Below the pieces are notes generated by a model. The model saw only the letters and a list, made by a program, of their open reading frames with translations, was not told the origin of the DNA and did not search any database. A stretch of 61,641 bases of DNA, filler included, from Choristocarpus tenellus KU-1152 (Eukaryota > Protista > Phaeophyceae), in the NCBI GenBank assembly GCA_964200185.2. It is 11 parts of 11 records of this genome, joined end to end, with 100 filler letters (N's around TTAATTAATTAA, not from the genome) between each part and the next. Parts side by side here need not be neighbours in the genome. Positions count along the whole stretch, not along the records: positions 25,143 to 32,115 come from CAXNAD020006941.1; positions 32,216 to 43,660 come from CAXNAD020002312.1; 9 more parts are not named here. One strand, 5' to 3'. Every line of letters starts with the position of its first letter. Positions within the stretch are counted from its first letter, which is position 1. The position numbers were made by a program, and so were the translations under genes. Below, piece after piece: positions 25,473 through 39,000 of the stretch.

Positions 25473-27282
25473 ATGGCCACTATGAATATGAACCGCAGCC
25501 TCTATACAGAAGAAACAAGAAGGGAAAGGGTATGTGGTGTCAGTCGGAAAAAAGTCAACTGGGACAACGACATTTCCCAATACACCTTTGCACCGCTAAA
25601 TGGGGAAGGAGAAACCTTCTCAGACAGCTCCAATGAAGATACCACAATCCCGGCACATGAGTGGCATATGACAGGTAACGAGGAACTGCAGCGTTTCCCA
25701 CCCCTTGCCCCTTCCCCCCACACCTTCTTTAGGTTGTCCCTTACAACAAATCTAGACCCTCTATGCAGGGTAGGACCCCCGCCCCCCTTTGAGGTTTTTC
25801 GTTTCCCCTGCAGCACACCTCTTGCCAGTAGGGTTTATTTTGAAGGAATCCCAGTATACAATGCGCAATGCACCTCCAGATCTACCCAATTGCAGACTTG
25901 ACCACACAAACTACATCACAAGTTATGCCAGTAAACATTCTGTATCGCCCCTTCCCTTTTCAAAATATGCTGTGCTGCACACACCAGGGGGAGGATGTAG
26001 AGGTAGTGATCAGGAATACTTGGAAGATGCTAGCAGGTACCGCAGACGGGAGGCTAGCTTTGATGAAAGGAGGTAAGAAATTGTTGTCACCTCATGACAC
26101 CCATGCCATTCCTGCCCTTCCCTGCCTGGGGTGCAGCAGAACATGTTCTCTTGCTTTGATGTGGTTTTCTAATTGAAATTATGAGAGGGTGGGAAGGTAG
26201 GAGATGGACCACATTTTTTCCTTTGAAGTTTGAAGGTGTCTATATCAAAATAGATAACGGCAAATGAGATGAAGTAGGAGTGTTTCACTTGAATACTACT
26301 AATATGTAGTAAACCTCCTTGATTAATGTGGTGTGTGTATGTGTCAGGTGTGCGTTCCATGGTTGTGTGCCCTGTCTATTGAGAGGACTGCGTACCATTT
26401 GTAGTAATAATAAAGTAGTATGGTTTTGTGATTGAGGGCAATGGACATATCAAGTAATTGATTTGGTGCAATAGTTACGGCAACGGGTTTTCTTGATTTT
26501 GGTCAGGCGCTGTTGAACGGCTCCTGTTCCAGTGCTCCTGCAGCAGGTGGTTGTGAGTGTAACCCACCTGCACAATGAATCTTCCCATCCGTCTTCTCCC
26601 CCACCCCCTTTCACTATGCCTTTCATGAGACAGATGGTAATTAGTGTGACTGTTTGATGCTAATGCTGCTGATGTTGTACCACACACAGTACACCCATCT
26701 CTTCTGCTACACATGAACCTGCTCAAACCCTTTCCCAGGAACAAGTGCACGTGATTGCAAGAAGCACTTGCTAGTGCTACAGACCGTCCCGAAACATGGG
26801 TGACAACTCAAGCAATGTTTTCTTCCTCCGCTTCACAGGCAATCCTATCGTGGAGGCACCGTTCTCGGACCAATCATAGCAGGTCCTTGGTCTGGGAACC
26901 ATTTTGGTACTCCTGACACCTACTACTGGTACTTACTTGTACTGCCCCCATCTATGGCCCTCCTTTAATATGCGTAGGCGTTTTCTCTCAGACTGGAATG
27001 GCAAGGTGGCCTCCATGCGAGTCCAGTGGACGTCAAAGATTGATTCCATGGCAGGGAGATTTGGTGATGCCTTTGAGGGCTCTACATGGAGGCTGGGATT
27101 GGGAGGAGGTAGCAGGGGTGGCGGTAATAGTACTTCCAGCAGTGTCGGCCCTGTCTCGCAGCCTCTTCACCTCCTAGCACGGATGTTTGCACAAGAGCAG
27201 AAGGCGTTTGATGAACTTGAGGAGGCGTGGAAGATGGACCCAGAGGGCACAGCTTTTTTCCTTCCGCAGGTTTGTTTGTTTG

Positions 27283-27323
<41 letters not shown>

Positions 27324-28283
27324 GTGTGTGTGTATAGATGGTTGAGATGGACATTTCTGTTTTTCTAGTGATGTTACTATGCTTTTATTTTTATTTACTC
27401 TGTGTTCCAAGGGATTGTGTATCTATTTTTTTCATGAACTGTGTGTGTGACTGAGTTTTTCAAGCGTGTTAGGTGCTACTGTGGTCTGTGTTGTGTTGTG
27501 TGTTGTGTGTGTCTGTGTAGCATTGACAAGGTGTGGGATACTATTCTTCAGGGTTTGTGGCTTGTGTTGGTCGGACTGTTCTGTTCTTTCCTATCTTTTT
27601 CCTTGTTTGACGTCGTTAAAATGTGTTCTATGTTTTTTAGCGGTTTTGTTTGAATTGGTATATATTAGTTGATGGATCAGCTTTTGAACGATAGGTAGCA
27701 TTACAATGGAGTCTACATTCATTGCAGGTGGCTCTAATCTGGTGGAAAGCCCTACTTAAAAGCTGTTTCGCTGGGGCTGGCCCACGATCTGGTCGCTTAA
27801 TATTTACCTGGTCCAGCAAGAAGCCCAACCTTTATTGTCTCTATTGTGTTTTTTTTTTACATGTCTTTTTTTTTATATGGGTCGCGTTCACGTTCTTGAA
27901 GAAGAGGTGTTAGCTCTACAGTACAGCAGGGTTAGGGTAGTTGTGTAGACATGATTTGTTAACTATTTAGGTCACGACTTGCTAAAACATTTGCACCTCC
28001 TTGTGCACTCCCCCTCCCCCACGTTTCTTCAATTTGTGTTGCGGTTTTGGTTGTAATGTTGTACTTGCATGTGTCACTCCTCTGTTTTGTGTGTGTATTT
28101 GCAGTACACCCTCTTCTTGCTCTACGCTTCGTTTGTGCACAATGCACGTCTTGAAGCACTCCTCCTTCGGCACTGTGAGAGGGACCTCTACTTTGCGCAT
28201 TCTCTGTACTGGTTCCTCTTGGCATTCTGTGTGCAGGGGGCCGGGGTTACTCCTGTGGGTGTGGAGGCAATTCAGCAGGTACA

Positions 28284-28314
<31 letters not shown>

Positions 28315-31300
28315 ATGTATGTATGTGTGTGTGTGTGAGTTGTACTGTGCTTGAACTATGTGTGTAGGGTTTTAACCTTTTATTTTTATTCCTTTTTTGA
28401 AGCAGCGATGATTGCCAGGATCTTTTAAAAGAAGTCACCTTATTGGTTGAGTGCGACAACTGTGACTGATAGTTTTTTTTATTTTTGTATGTGGTTTGGT
28501 GGCTGTGTTTGTAGGTTATTCTCTGTTGGTATATGGCTCCGTAGTTTACTTCTGTGTAGGTTAAAAATCATTTTCTTTCAGTTTCTGCTTATTTTTGTCC
28601 TTATTTTTGTGCGTATTTTTAGATCCAAGAAAGGAAGGGGGCGGGATGGGAGGGGTTAGAGAGAAAGATGTCTTCTTTTTGTTTTTGGAAACAGTTTGTT
28701 ATCCCTCCCGCTATTGTGGTTGTTTCATCCAAGTATGTCATCGTGTTTGCAATCCTTGTATGGGAGGAAGGTCTTGTTGTACTTGAATTGATTCTGTTTG
28801 GTTAAAGTCCATTTGCCCCCCTAGCATTTTCTATTTCATAACCCAAATATAATATATCCCCTTCTGTGTTTTCCCCCCTTATTCCCTTGGTAGATGCTAG
28901 AGGATGTTGTATCCAGGGGTGAAAAGCCAGCTTGTGTGCTATGGGGTGGGCAAGGTGGAGCTGGGAGGTAAGAGATGAAGACAGAGGCAGGGTGGGGTGG
29001 GGTGGGGAGCTTTTGGATAGTGCTATGATTGAAAGGAACAGGAGAAGAGGTCGGTGAGGGTATGGGTATGTGGGGAGGGGGGGGGGTGCCTAGCAGTAGT
29101 GATGAGTTGGTTTTATTAGATGGGGAGTCAGTTGCTTTTTGAATTGAAAGTTTTGTAAGTCCCAACATTTTCACCAAATTCGCACTGTTACTACCAATGG
29201 TATGTTGTTTCATTAATTATTGTGTGTGCATTTGCAAAGGTCATGCTATTGCTATGAATACAATCTGCTTGGAACTGTAGGATTCTTTGGCAGACAAAAA
29301 CTATAGCACTTCTCAGTAGAAATGTCCATTGGGAGGGAGGGGGGTGGGAGGGGAAACCTGCAAGGTGCATAGAGACAGACCATTGTGTCTGGGGAAGGGA
29401 TATGAGTGGAGGTCGAGGTATTACTCGGAGCCAAAACTGATTGGCCTCAGATAGGAAATGGTGCACCACCTTTCCTTAAAACGTGTTGTTGACACTACAC
29501 ATCAGCGCTCTTTTTTATCTCGAGTATTGTTCCCAGGGACTTCATCATCTTCATCATCGGTGCAGTGTCTTGTTGACAGAAACCCCTCCTCCACCCCCAA
29601 TGCTGCGTGGTGGATTGAATGAAGATGTCTTGAGGACAGGGACATTTTTGACACGTTGGAGAGGGGAAGCCTGTGTCAGCCCTCGGGGAGCCTCTTTCTG
29701 GAGACACCGTCCTTTGTCCAAGAACTGTGCACAGTGAGGCTCATGTCTGTTTCTTGGAATAATGTCGTTGTGTGTGTGTGTGTTGAGAGGATAAATATAT
29801 ATATATATATACGTATGTATGTGTCTATATGTGTATGTAATATAATAATTGCCTACTAATTTTTGGTGCCACTGTGGTACAAAAAAGTACATGACTGGCA
29901 TTATTGTGGAGGTGTTTATACAAAGTATTGTTTAGACAGTTATTCGTTGTAGTAAGTGTATGAAAAGATTTTCTTTTCAAGAGTTTATATATTTGGGAAA
30001 TGAGGACATGGAAGGGTATGTGCTTTCAGTATTTGGTTTGGACAGGAGATTGCACTGGGCTGGTTGGATTACATTTTTCTTTTTAATTATAGTGAAGATA
30101 CGGATTATTGGTAAATCTTCTCCCTTTTTTTTTCTTATTTCTTATTTTCAGCTGTACTTGGTTGTCCTTAGCACTGGTCCTCAGTTTGAAGTTAATAATA
30201 TCAAGTCTGGGTAGGGGATGAGAGGGGATGAGAGGGGATGGGGTAATTTCGTTTCCATTTGATTAAGATTATGACTTGAACAGATGGGTTGTTGATTGTA
30301 GAAGCACTTGTGTGGAGCCTTGGGTAGGACAGACATTTGCTTGTGCAATGGTCAATCCAAGAATCTGGCTTCTTGTGTTAAGTGGAGTTTCTGTATGTTA
30401 AGAGTATAGTGGTGTGTGGTGGTTAGGGGGCACTGTTGACTTTATCTACACTGTGTACTCAAGGATGTGTCTAATTTGCTACATTTACCATACATGTACC
30501 ATGCCTGTACCATACATACACCATACATTCACCATATATATATACCATGTCCTACTCTCACTGGAGGGTGTAAAGAAACCCACCCTCGACTGAGTTAGTG
30601 GAATTGCTGACTGTATACCATACTGTACTGCTGCTGTACTGTATTCATAGCCCTAACCCTTTTCCCTCCTACATCACATCATCAAATCGGTTCATCATCG
30701 CAACTTTACACCCTAACCCTCCCAACACTATTGCTATGACTGACACCAATAGGTGTCACGAATGCTGGTTGGTATGGCACGGGAAGAACGAACAGCTGAG
30801 CTGCGTGTACTACTGCAGGCTGTGCACAAAAAAATTCTCCCTTCCAAGGCTATATACCTCCCGGTTGGGCGAAAGCAACATCGTGTATATCGGATCTGCC
30901 CCGAGGTTTGTCTCCTCCTATCCTTTTGTCCTTTCACCTTGCTTGTCTTGGGCTGCCCCCCTGCCTGCCTCGTGCTTTCGTATACCTAGTTAATGCAAAA
31001 ACTGTATAAACTACCACAAACAACTTGATCTGGGACAGTCAAAAGATGTATGATATGGCATCAGCCCCTAAGTAGAGCCTGTGCTTGGCTGTTGAATATA
31101 ACTTACAATCCTCTATACCCCCCCCCCCCTCCCCTCCCCTCCCCCCAGCCGCCGCCGCTGCCGCCGCCTCTTCGGTCAAGTTTTAAACCTCGTAATTGCA
31201 CTGCTTAGTTCATTTTGCCCACATTTATCCACTCCCCAACCAATCTGTTCTGAAACCTTGATCCCTGCACTCGTGTCATGGTTTTAAATGAAGGAGTCGT

Positions 31301-31618
31301 TTGCCTTCAGCACCAAAGACCGTGTACCATACTTGGTTACCTTGGAGGTGGTTGACTATGGCAGGGATGATCTTGTGAGTGGTGGGAGCAGGTCACTCCT
31401 TCCAGGTCTCAGCCAGGGTGGTGACAGTGTCCGTGGGATGGGGGATGAAGGAGGTGTATGGGGAACTAAGAGAAGGGGGCTGATGGAGTGGGTAAGGGAC
31501 CCAGGGAGGGGTCTTGGATTGTCCTTGGAAGGGGTGAAGGATGGGCTTAGGAAGACGTTTACGAGGATGACATCCAAGGATGGAGGCATGACTACTACAT
31601 CGACAGGTGGGGTAACTG
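25473..31618 (+). CDS. Phosphatidylinositol 4-kinase type III (beta-like), 5' part; exons 25473 (or 25395)-25674, 25988-26072, 26978-27269, 28105-28278, 28894-28967, 29640-29733, 30753-30905, 31294-31618; the gene continues past the gap
   Basis: Intron phases match throughout (1,2,0,0,2,0,0). Translation includes the PIK helical segment AFFLPQ|YTLFLL..LEALLLRHC..FAHSLYWFLLA, then FLETPSFVQELCT|VSRML, and IYLPV..HRVYRICPE|ESFAFSTKDRVPYLVTLEV, typical of the PI4K-III pre-catalytic region. Confidence 0.85.
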
Positions 31619-33025
31619 GTGAGCTGATTGCGATTGGGAGGTGGATAGGGTGTTGTGTGTATTTGATGTGAGGGGTAGATAGTGAAGTGAAGAGAAGGAG
31701 AGATGTGTGAAGATTGGAGGTGGTGAATTTTGTGTGAAGGGCTGCAACTGGCTTCAAAACACACATTTTTTTTGTGGTATGAAGTGGGAAGAGTTTGTTT
31801 GCTTTGCTTTTTTTTTCTTGAGGGTTGTGTTGAGGGTTGTGGTGTTTGTTTATCTGTTTTGTGGAGTGGTGTGTGTTGCAGAGGAAGGCTTCTGATGAGG
31901 ACCAATGACGCATCAAAATGGAAAGAATGAGTGCTGTCCTTTTGTGATGTATGCAGTGTAGGAGTTGCAAAGCATGTGAAGTGTGCCATGACTAAAAGTC
32001 AGTTTTCTTCTTGAATGTTTTTAGTGAAGCTGATAACCTCATCACTCTCTGTACTCTTTCCATCTTCCTCTTCCCTCTCCTTCTGACCCTGACCCTCCCC
32101 CCCCCCCCTCCTTCANNNNNNNNNNNNNNNNNNNNNNNNNNNNNNNNNNNNNNNNNNNNTTAATTAATTAANNNNNNNNNNNNNNNNNNNNNNNNNNNNN
32201 NNNNNNNNNNNNNNNCCCCCTACTCTTCCTCCCGTCGATACATGCATAGTGACCTCAGCTGTCAGTAATGAATGTGTGTATATCTTCGAGAATATCTATT
32301 GTGTACAGAAAGTACATTCTTATATCTGGTTCTATGCAATGGGTCTATCAAGGGTTTCCTATCATACAATTACAGTAATGCCTTTTAGAAAGTATCATAC
32401 AGAATAAAATACTCTGCAGAGTGTACATATACGTGCTATTCTTTCTTGTAGTTCACATGGCCTGAGTTCCTTATTTGAAGATGGTCTTTGTTGTTTGTGT
32501 CTTGATTTTTGAATTCTACATATGTTTAACGTTAATCAATAATTGCTAATGTATTGCATTTCTGCTGTAGGAACAAATGATTTGAAAGGGTTGGCCAAAC
32601 ACAGGAAATAAGACACACACATGTTGTATTCATAAATTATGATGTGTGCCATTTCATAATCATGGTTGCAGCACCTGGTTGTCCTGTCGACGTGGAGCCA
32701 GTGATCCATTAATTAGTAAAAGCAATAGAGTATAATTTTTTTCTTCTGAGGCTACTTGAAACAACTTGTTTATGTGTTGTACAGTGCATTTTCGTTAGAC
32801 CCCCCATCAACTCTGACAGGGCAATTGAGTGAATATCATGCGCTATGGATATAATCTCCACTTTTATGTTTATACAGAACGAGGCCTGCAATCGATTAGT
32901 TGTTGAACTTTATGTTGCAGAGTTTCATTTTTCTTGTTCCAAGGTCCAACGAAGGTATAACTTTTTTTCAAGAAAATAAGTTTAAAGAAACATTTTTGCA
33001 CTCTTGTACCTTATGTTGAACACAG

Positions 33026-36000
33026 CAAGAACGTATAACTGTAGTGAGGGTCATCTATGAGCTGGATGGACCTGATGCCCTCTTCTCTCCTGAAGTTCTG
33101 GGCAGGATCAAGAGTGAGTTTGTCATATTTCATCTTCTTGTGAAGTTTTGTGTGTGAGGGATGTTCATTTGTGCATGAGTAGCAAGAATATTCAGTAGCG
33201 ATACTTGCGTATTGTTGTAATTTGCGAAAATGTTAGAATGTTATATAATCTGCTAATAGCCATTTTCTTTTATACTTGAAGGGTCACTATTAATGTTTCA
33301 TTTCCTACTTCTTTGGTAATTTTTTTTACCTGGACAGTGATACACGTTTTTCACTATACACATTATTATTTTTATGTATGTTGAAAGTTGTATTATTCTT
33401 GCTGTAGTGGAGAGGCACTGTAGTACAATAATGTGCTTCAATAGAGCACAAGCTATTTTAGACGCAATATATGTTTCCAACCAAAGTGGTAGTCCATCGA
33501 GTTCTAACACTGAGCTTTGAACCTTGACACCATATAAGTACTAAAAAAGTAGTGTTGTTTACTTATGCATGTAGGTGTGTGCTCCTATATTCAATCCATA
33601 TCTTTGTTGTCTATTCAGTAAGTACAACATATCGTATTGCCAGAGTAGCCACAACCAAATAACCATTCATGACAGTAGGGTATGTATGGTTATACAAGAA
33701 ACAGTTGACTCATTTTGTCCAATTACTTGTACTAATGGTGGCGAAAAGCAATATTTTTGCTGCTTTGGTGATTCTCGTCTTCTTCTCAGGTAAGATGAGG
33801 AATTTCCTGGATTTACAGGGACTTGGCCAAAAAATGCCCCTTTTGATCAAAAAAACAAATGTTTCACGGCAGTCTGTGTCTGTCACCCATTTAACTGGTC
33901 AAGAGTCCAGTGGGGCTTATATGCCTTAATGTAATCATAAAACAGTAGTATGTGTGTGTGCGCGCGCGTGTGTTTTCTTTCCTTTTTCACCATTTTTTTG
34001 CTTCTCTTGTTTTTTTTTGTGCTGATAAACAAAAAATAGTCCTGGAGGAGAGCATCGTGGCGAATGTTAACTACACAGATTTCTGCTACCTTAACTATGG
34101 ATTTGATGAGGCTAATCCCATCTGCTTGCGACAGTCTTCACCGATTTTCTTCTTTGAACCATGTAAGGCATACTTACGCAAGTAGAGGGGAAAGAAAATG
34201 AGATTTGAAGGATGCACTGTGAGGGTGGGATTGTGTGTGTGTTACGTATATATCTCCTTTGATCTTATTTAACTTGTTGATACATAAAATTTTGTAATTT
34301 ACCTTAAATGTATATTGATATCTATGTACTAGTGCATTTCTGGGTGTCCTGAGTGTGTGACGCACATCTTAAATTTATTCAACTTGCAGGTGCATATATC
34401 TCTATACCTGATTCTTTGAATGTATGTTGATATTTATGTACTCGTGTGTTCATGTGGCATCCCTACTGTAGCCTTCAGTAAGCACAAAATTGTAGTACAT
34501 GGAATGTCAAATGCAGTGCTGCTGCAGTGTTGGTACCAAGGCAATATTGAGTGCCAGTTCTACACTAAAGTGTGTAATGCAGAAGGGAATTCTGTGGTAG
34601 TGGCACCGCTACGGCGAGTTTCAGTACTCTTGCAGCATCGTCACTACTACAAAAAAGCACACGATTCTCACTGCATTGTGTGGAAAGGACTATTGTATTG
34701 ACTTACCTCTACAGAAGATGTCAATATTGCAATACTGGAAGTATGTACTTCTCAGACTGAAGATTTTTTTTTTCTCAACTAATGAGAATATAAGTGCTTG
34801 CACAACTACTCAAAAGAAATACATATCTCTTTCTTTTTAAAAGTTCATCTCATTTGCACATAATAACCATTTATATATCTCAACACAGATTTCAATGACA
34901 TAAGTGTGTTTGTCGTTTCTGAAGCTGATACAATCCTCTATGGTCGTTTTATCTTTTTTGGGTAGTCTCCCACCCCCTTCAAGCAGTCACTCTTTTTCAT
35001 CGCACAATCCCCCCACCACCCCCTTTTCACATTGTCCCATCCCCTCTGTCTTCCTCCTCTTTGTGCCGAACATGTCGCGTTTGTGTAATGAATGAGCTGT
35101 GTTGTGATTTTGAACCAACTACCCTCCACTCTTGTTGGTACCATTACAATTTACTGCTGGTCAGCTTGGTGGCTCCCTGCAACCAGCCCCCCTCCACAGC
35201 CAACAGTGCCCACTGTTTACAATGCCGAATATGCCATTGGTGGTTCTACTTGGACTACTGACAGAGCGTTAAACTACTACCCCTTTGGTTAGTGTACTGA
35301 CAAACTTACATCTCTCTTACCACTGTCCAGTCTAGATCCTCCATACCCTTAGAAATGTATTTCCTTGCTTGTGCTGATATTTTTTTTGAGTTTTTGTGTT
35401 TTGTGAGTGTGTAGGTTTTTGTCTTTGTGTTAACATCCCAGAGTACTACGGCGATGTTTAAATCTTTCTGAACGTTTTTGTGTTGTTTTGTTGCAAAATT
35501 GGACATCTTTTACGTCCTTCCAAACTTCAGATTGTTCATCCTCGCCATCTCTCCCCCCCCCCCAACCTCCAATCAATGTAAAGTGAAAAGACGTATACTT
35601 TGGTAAGCAGAGTTGTCTGTTATCATACCGTTACTGTTCTATGCCATATGCCGTTGTACCGATCGAGATACAATTTTCGATTTTCAGGATCATTCTAAAA
35701 ATCCTCCTATTGCAGAATTCTAAATATCCCTATAGCATCTCATAGCATTTTGTTACAGTATCATCCAGGTGATGTCTTTCTTTGCTACATTTTATTTTAT
35801 TTGTATGGCGGGAATTATTGGAATTGACAGGATTTTCCATCGGGGCATACAATGCACCCAAGCTGATTTCCAACATTGACTTCGAAACATACCAAGAGTA
35901 TACCATGCCTACTGCTATAGTTCCTTCAGAATCGTATAAAATCAGGTTTTGACTTTGCTCACCAAAGGTTCCACCGTGTATTTCCGTCCATTTTGTTATT

Positions 36001-39000
36001 ATTACTAGAATATTAGGCACGTCTATGTAGAAAAAGTCAGGTCGTACCATGTCACTGAATGGATATGACATTGTCTTGAAGGAGTTGAAATTGATAATGG
36101 TTCAGATAACAACGCAGGTGGCACTGTCTAGATGTGCCATGCGTATTAAGCTGGAGTCACCAGGGAGATGAGCAAGAAGGGGTTTGTTCGATTCTTGGGA
36201 TGCCTCCATAGCTCCCATCCTGGGGTGCAGGAATAGGTACAACATATAGAGTAGCGAAAAAAGAAATAGATTAGTGTTTCTCACATTTGTGACATCTTTT
36301 ACTTCTTTAGGGTTTATCTTGACATGTGAATAGTTTTCATTGGTTTTCCCCCTGACACACCTGCAACATGTCAGAGGGCATAATAAAATAATAGTTCAGA
36401 TATGTGAATAGTTGTAAGCTAGAGTATCTAAGGGGGTACGAGTTTTGCCATGTTTGTCCCTTTGATGCCTGACATCCCACGGGGTTTCTTATGACATTTT
36501 CCCACTCCAAAATGTCTCAGAGTAGGTAAAATGTGTATGTTGTGAAAGGTCGTGTCCAGAACAAGGATATTGACACTTCTTAACAACGTGATAGCCAAAA
36601 TTACATCAAAATCGCAACATTGAATTTCTGCCCCCAAACAGGCATGACTCTACCCTCTAAGATACTTTGGCTCTGTCATCAGTTTTTCCCCCGGCACATC
36701 TTCAAAATGTCAGAGGGTATAATAATATTATAATGATTCATCCATTATTGTTTGTCATTGGTCGACTGCATCTGATTTCTCGTAAACTAAGAGAGTCTGA
36801 ATCTTTTCCTAGGGAAAAGTCTTGATAGAACTACTTAGTACATTCGTACAATACCAAAAAGTAGTATGTTGCAAAATGTTTTAAAAGTTTAATGTGTTCT
36901 TGTATGTATTTGTCCATACACAGAAAATCTAAGTGTACTCTTTTGAACCCCCAACTTTTGTGCAGCCAATCCATGGAATATTTCTGCCGTGAGCACTGTG
37001 GACCTGAGCCAGGAGAATGTGGAGACCATTGTTGCTGTGAGAACTTATCACTCACTTCTTTATCGCTTTCCTAATTGATCTAAGCTATATAATCTCTTGT
37101 TATCGTTACATCTGTCGAGTACACTGGTATATTTTGTTTTGTTGATTTCTGGTGTATGTCCATATACGTGTAGTTCTCAACTTCTCTGATGTGATCATAT
37201 CTAAACCTGGTCGATATATATATATTTTTCGTTGATGGTTACATTTGCAGACCTCTGTGTATTACATACCGCTTTCTGTTAACACCGACTACTTCTTCAG
37301 TTGATATTTCGGGGAATGTACCAACCCGTGGTCATAGATAGCACACAATGCACTAGTTCCGATACTGACATCCACCAGCGTATTCTACTGCAGAGCTTCT
37401 TGTACATCGTACATAGTCATGTTCCATGCATTCTTGTGTGTAAATCAATACGACAAATTACAACAGGAGCGTCACAGTAATACGCTCCAAGTTCCGAAGG
37501 AATCGTATCAACATTAACACTAATTGGATGGAATATTGCCGAGAGGATTGGAACTTTTCAACCTGTGCAAGAGTGATCCTTTTAGAGTTCAATGAAGTGC
37601 ACTTTTCCATTTGTGTGTGTTTTATTTCATCCATGATGACAGCGACCCCTCATTGAAATCACTCTGGCTGAATGGCGGGATGGCTGGGAAGCACCATAAT
37701 CTTATCCTAAATCGCATGGCGTTGAGCTGCTTGATCTTTTTACTTCTCCGTGATGGAGCTATTGTAATGGAAATACGATACGCTGATTCTTCAACTACAG
37801 AGATAGAATGGGAGGGGCTTGCGGTATGTGCAATATAAAAACTTGACGGGGAGCATTCTGACAATATGTACAAGTATATTTTACCTTATCCCTAGCAATA
37901 GCTTTATATATTTTCCAGAAGACGGAGTCTCATCGCACCACCAAAAAAGTGGTTCTTGAATTATTTGTTACGTGAATGATTGTTGGAAAAATATAGTCCG
38001 GGGTACAGTGATGCATTCGGGTGCCACGATAGTTCGAGATGTAGAGGGTAAAGTCGGTGATTTCACAGTTTGCCACAGTGGTTAAGGTTTCTATCTCTCC
38101 TAGACATCTTAAGAGTATCATTTAATGGCATGTGGACAGATGGTCCCTACTTGATGTCGAACACCCTGCCAAACAAACTGCGATCTTCCACCAGTCGTTC
38201 AAGAACTTACGACATTTGATGAAAGTGGTAGTGTGAGCTTATGTTAATGTGTGGTGTGAAGGGAGGTGTGGAATGTGTGACTTTATTCATCCGTAAAACC
38301 TATACAGACAGTACCAGCAAGCAGAAAGACCATGATATGATCTTGTACATGAGTGTATTTGTTCAAGTTATTTTTGCATCATTCCCCTGCATCTGGACCT
38401 CAATCCTTCACATCTATGTTCATATGTGTGGTAGCTATTTGGAACCTACAATGCAACAGCAGTCTTACCTACGACCTTGGCCACCAGTGCTTGCCGCTTG
38501 AGACCATGCCAAAATTTTATTGCTTTCTTTTGAGAGATTTTGGTTGAGGCTGCATTCTGCCATCACGTCAAAAACGGTGTTGCTGATGTGGCACTGGAGT
38601 TAGTCAAGTAGACCGCCCAGCGTGGAAAAAAGGCGTTCTGATCGATGTCGAACACCCTGCTAAACAAACTGCGATCACCAGTTGTTCAAGAAATGGTGAC
38701 ATTTAGGAAAAGATGTATGAGCTTACGTTAATGTGTGGGGTCAAGGAAGGTGTGGAGCACTTTGTTCATTCGTATGACATATACAGATAGGCCAGTAAAC
38801 AGAAAGACTATGATATGATCTTGTGCATAAGTGTATTTGTTCAAGTTAGTTTGAAGAATTCTAGTCTCTCTGCTTGCTTCACAAGTCGCTCAAAAATTTC
38901 CACGACATACGTATTGATTAATTGTATGATGATGTAATGTTCCCTTTAATGGGTGTGCTTCTGCGCCTTGGCTCCAGAAGTAGTGACACCATTGCTGATA

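Noticed and set aside
25155-25901. 248-aa ORF as a standalone gene
   Set aside because: Only the AG/GT-bounded middle part (25395-25674) fits the PI4K splice model; the rest is intron read-through.
31356-31989. Two ~200-aa minus-strand ORFs
   Set aside because: They are antisense shadows of a PI4K exon and a GT-rich intron.
35831-35945. Extra exon of the Dispatched-like gene
   Set aside because: It is open in phase 1, but I found no donor compatible with the next exon; the model works without it.
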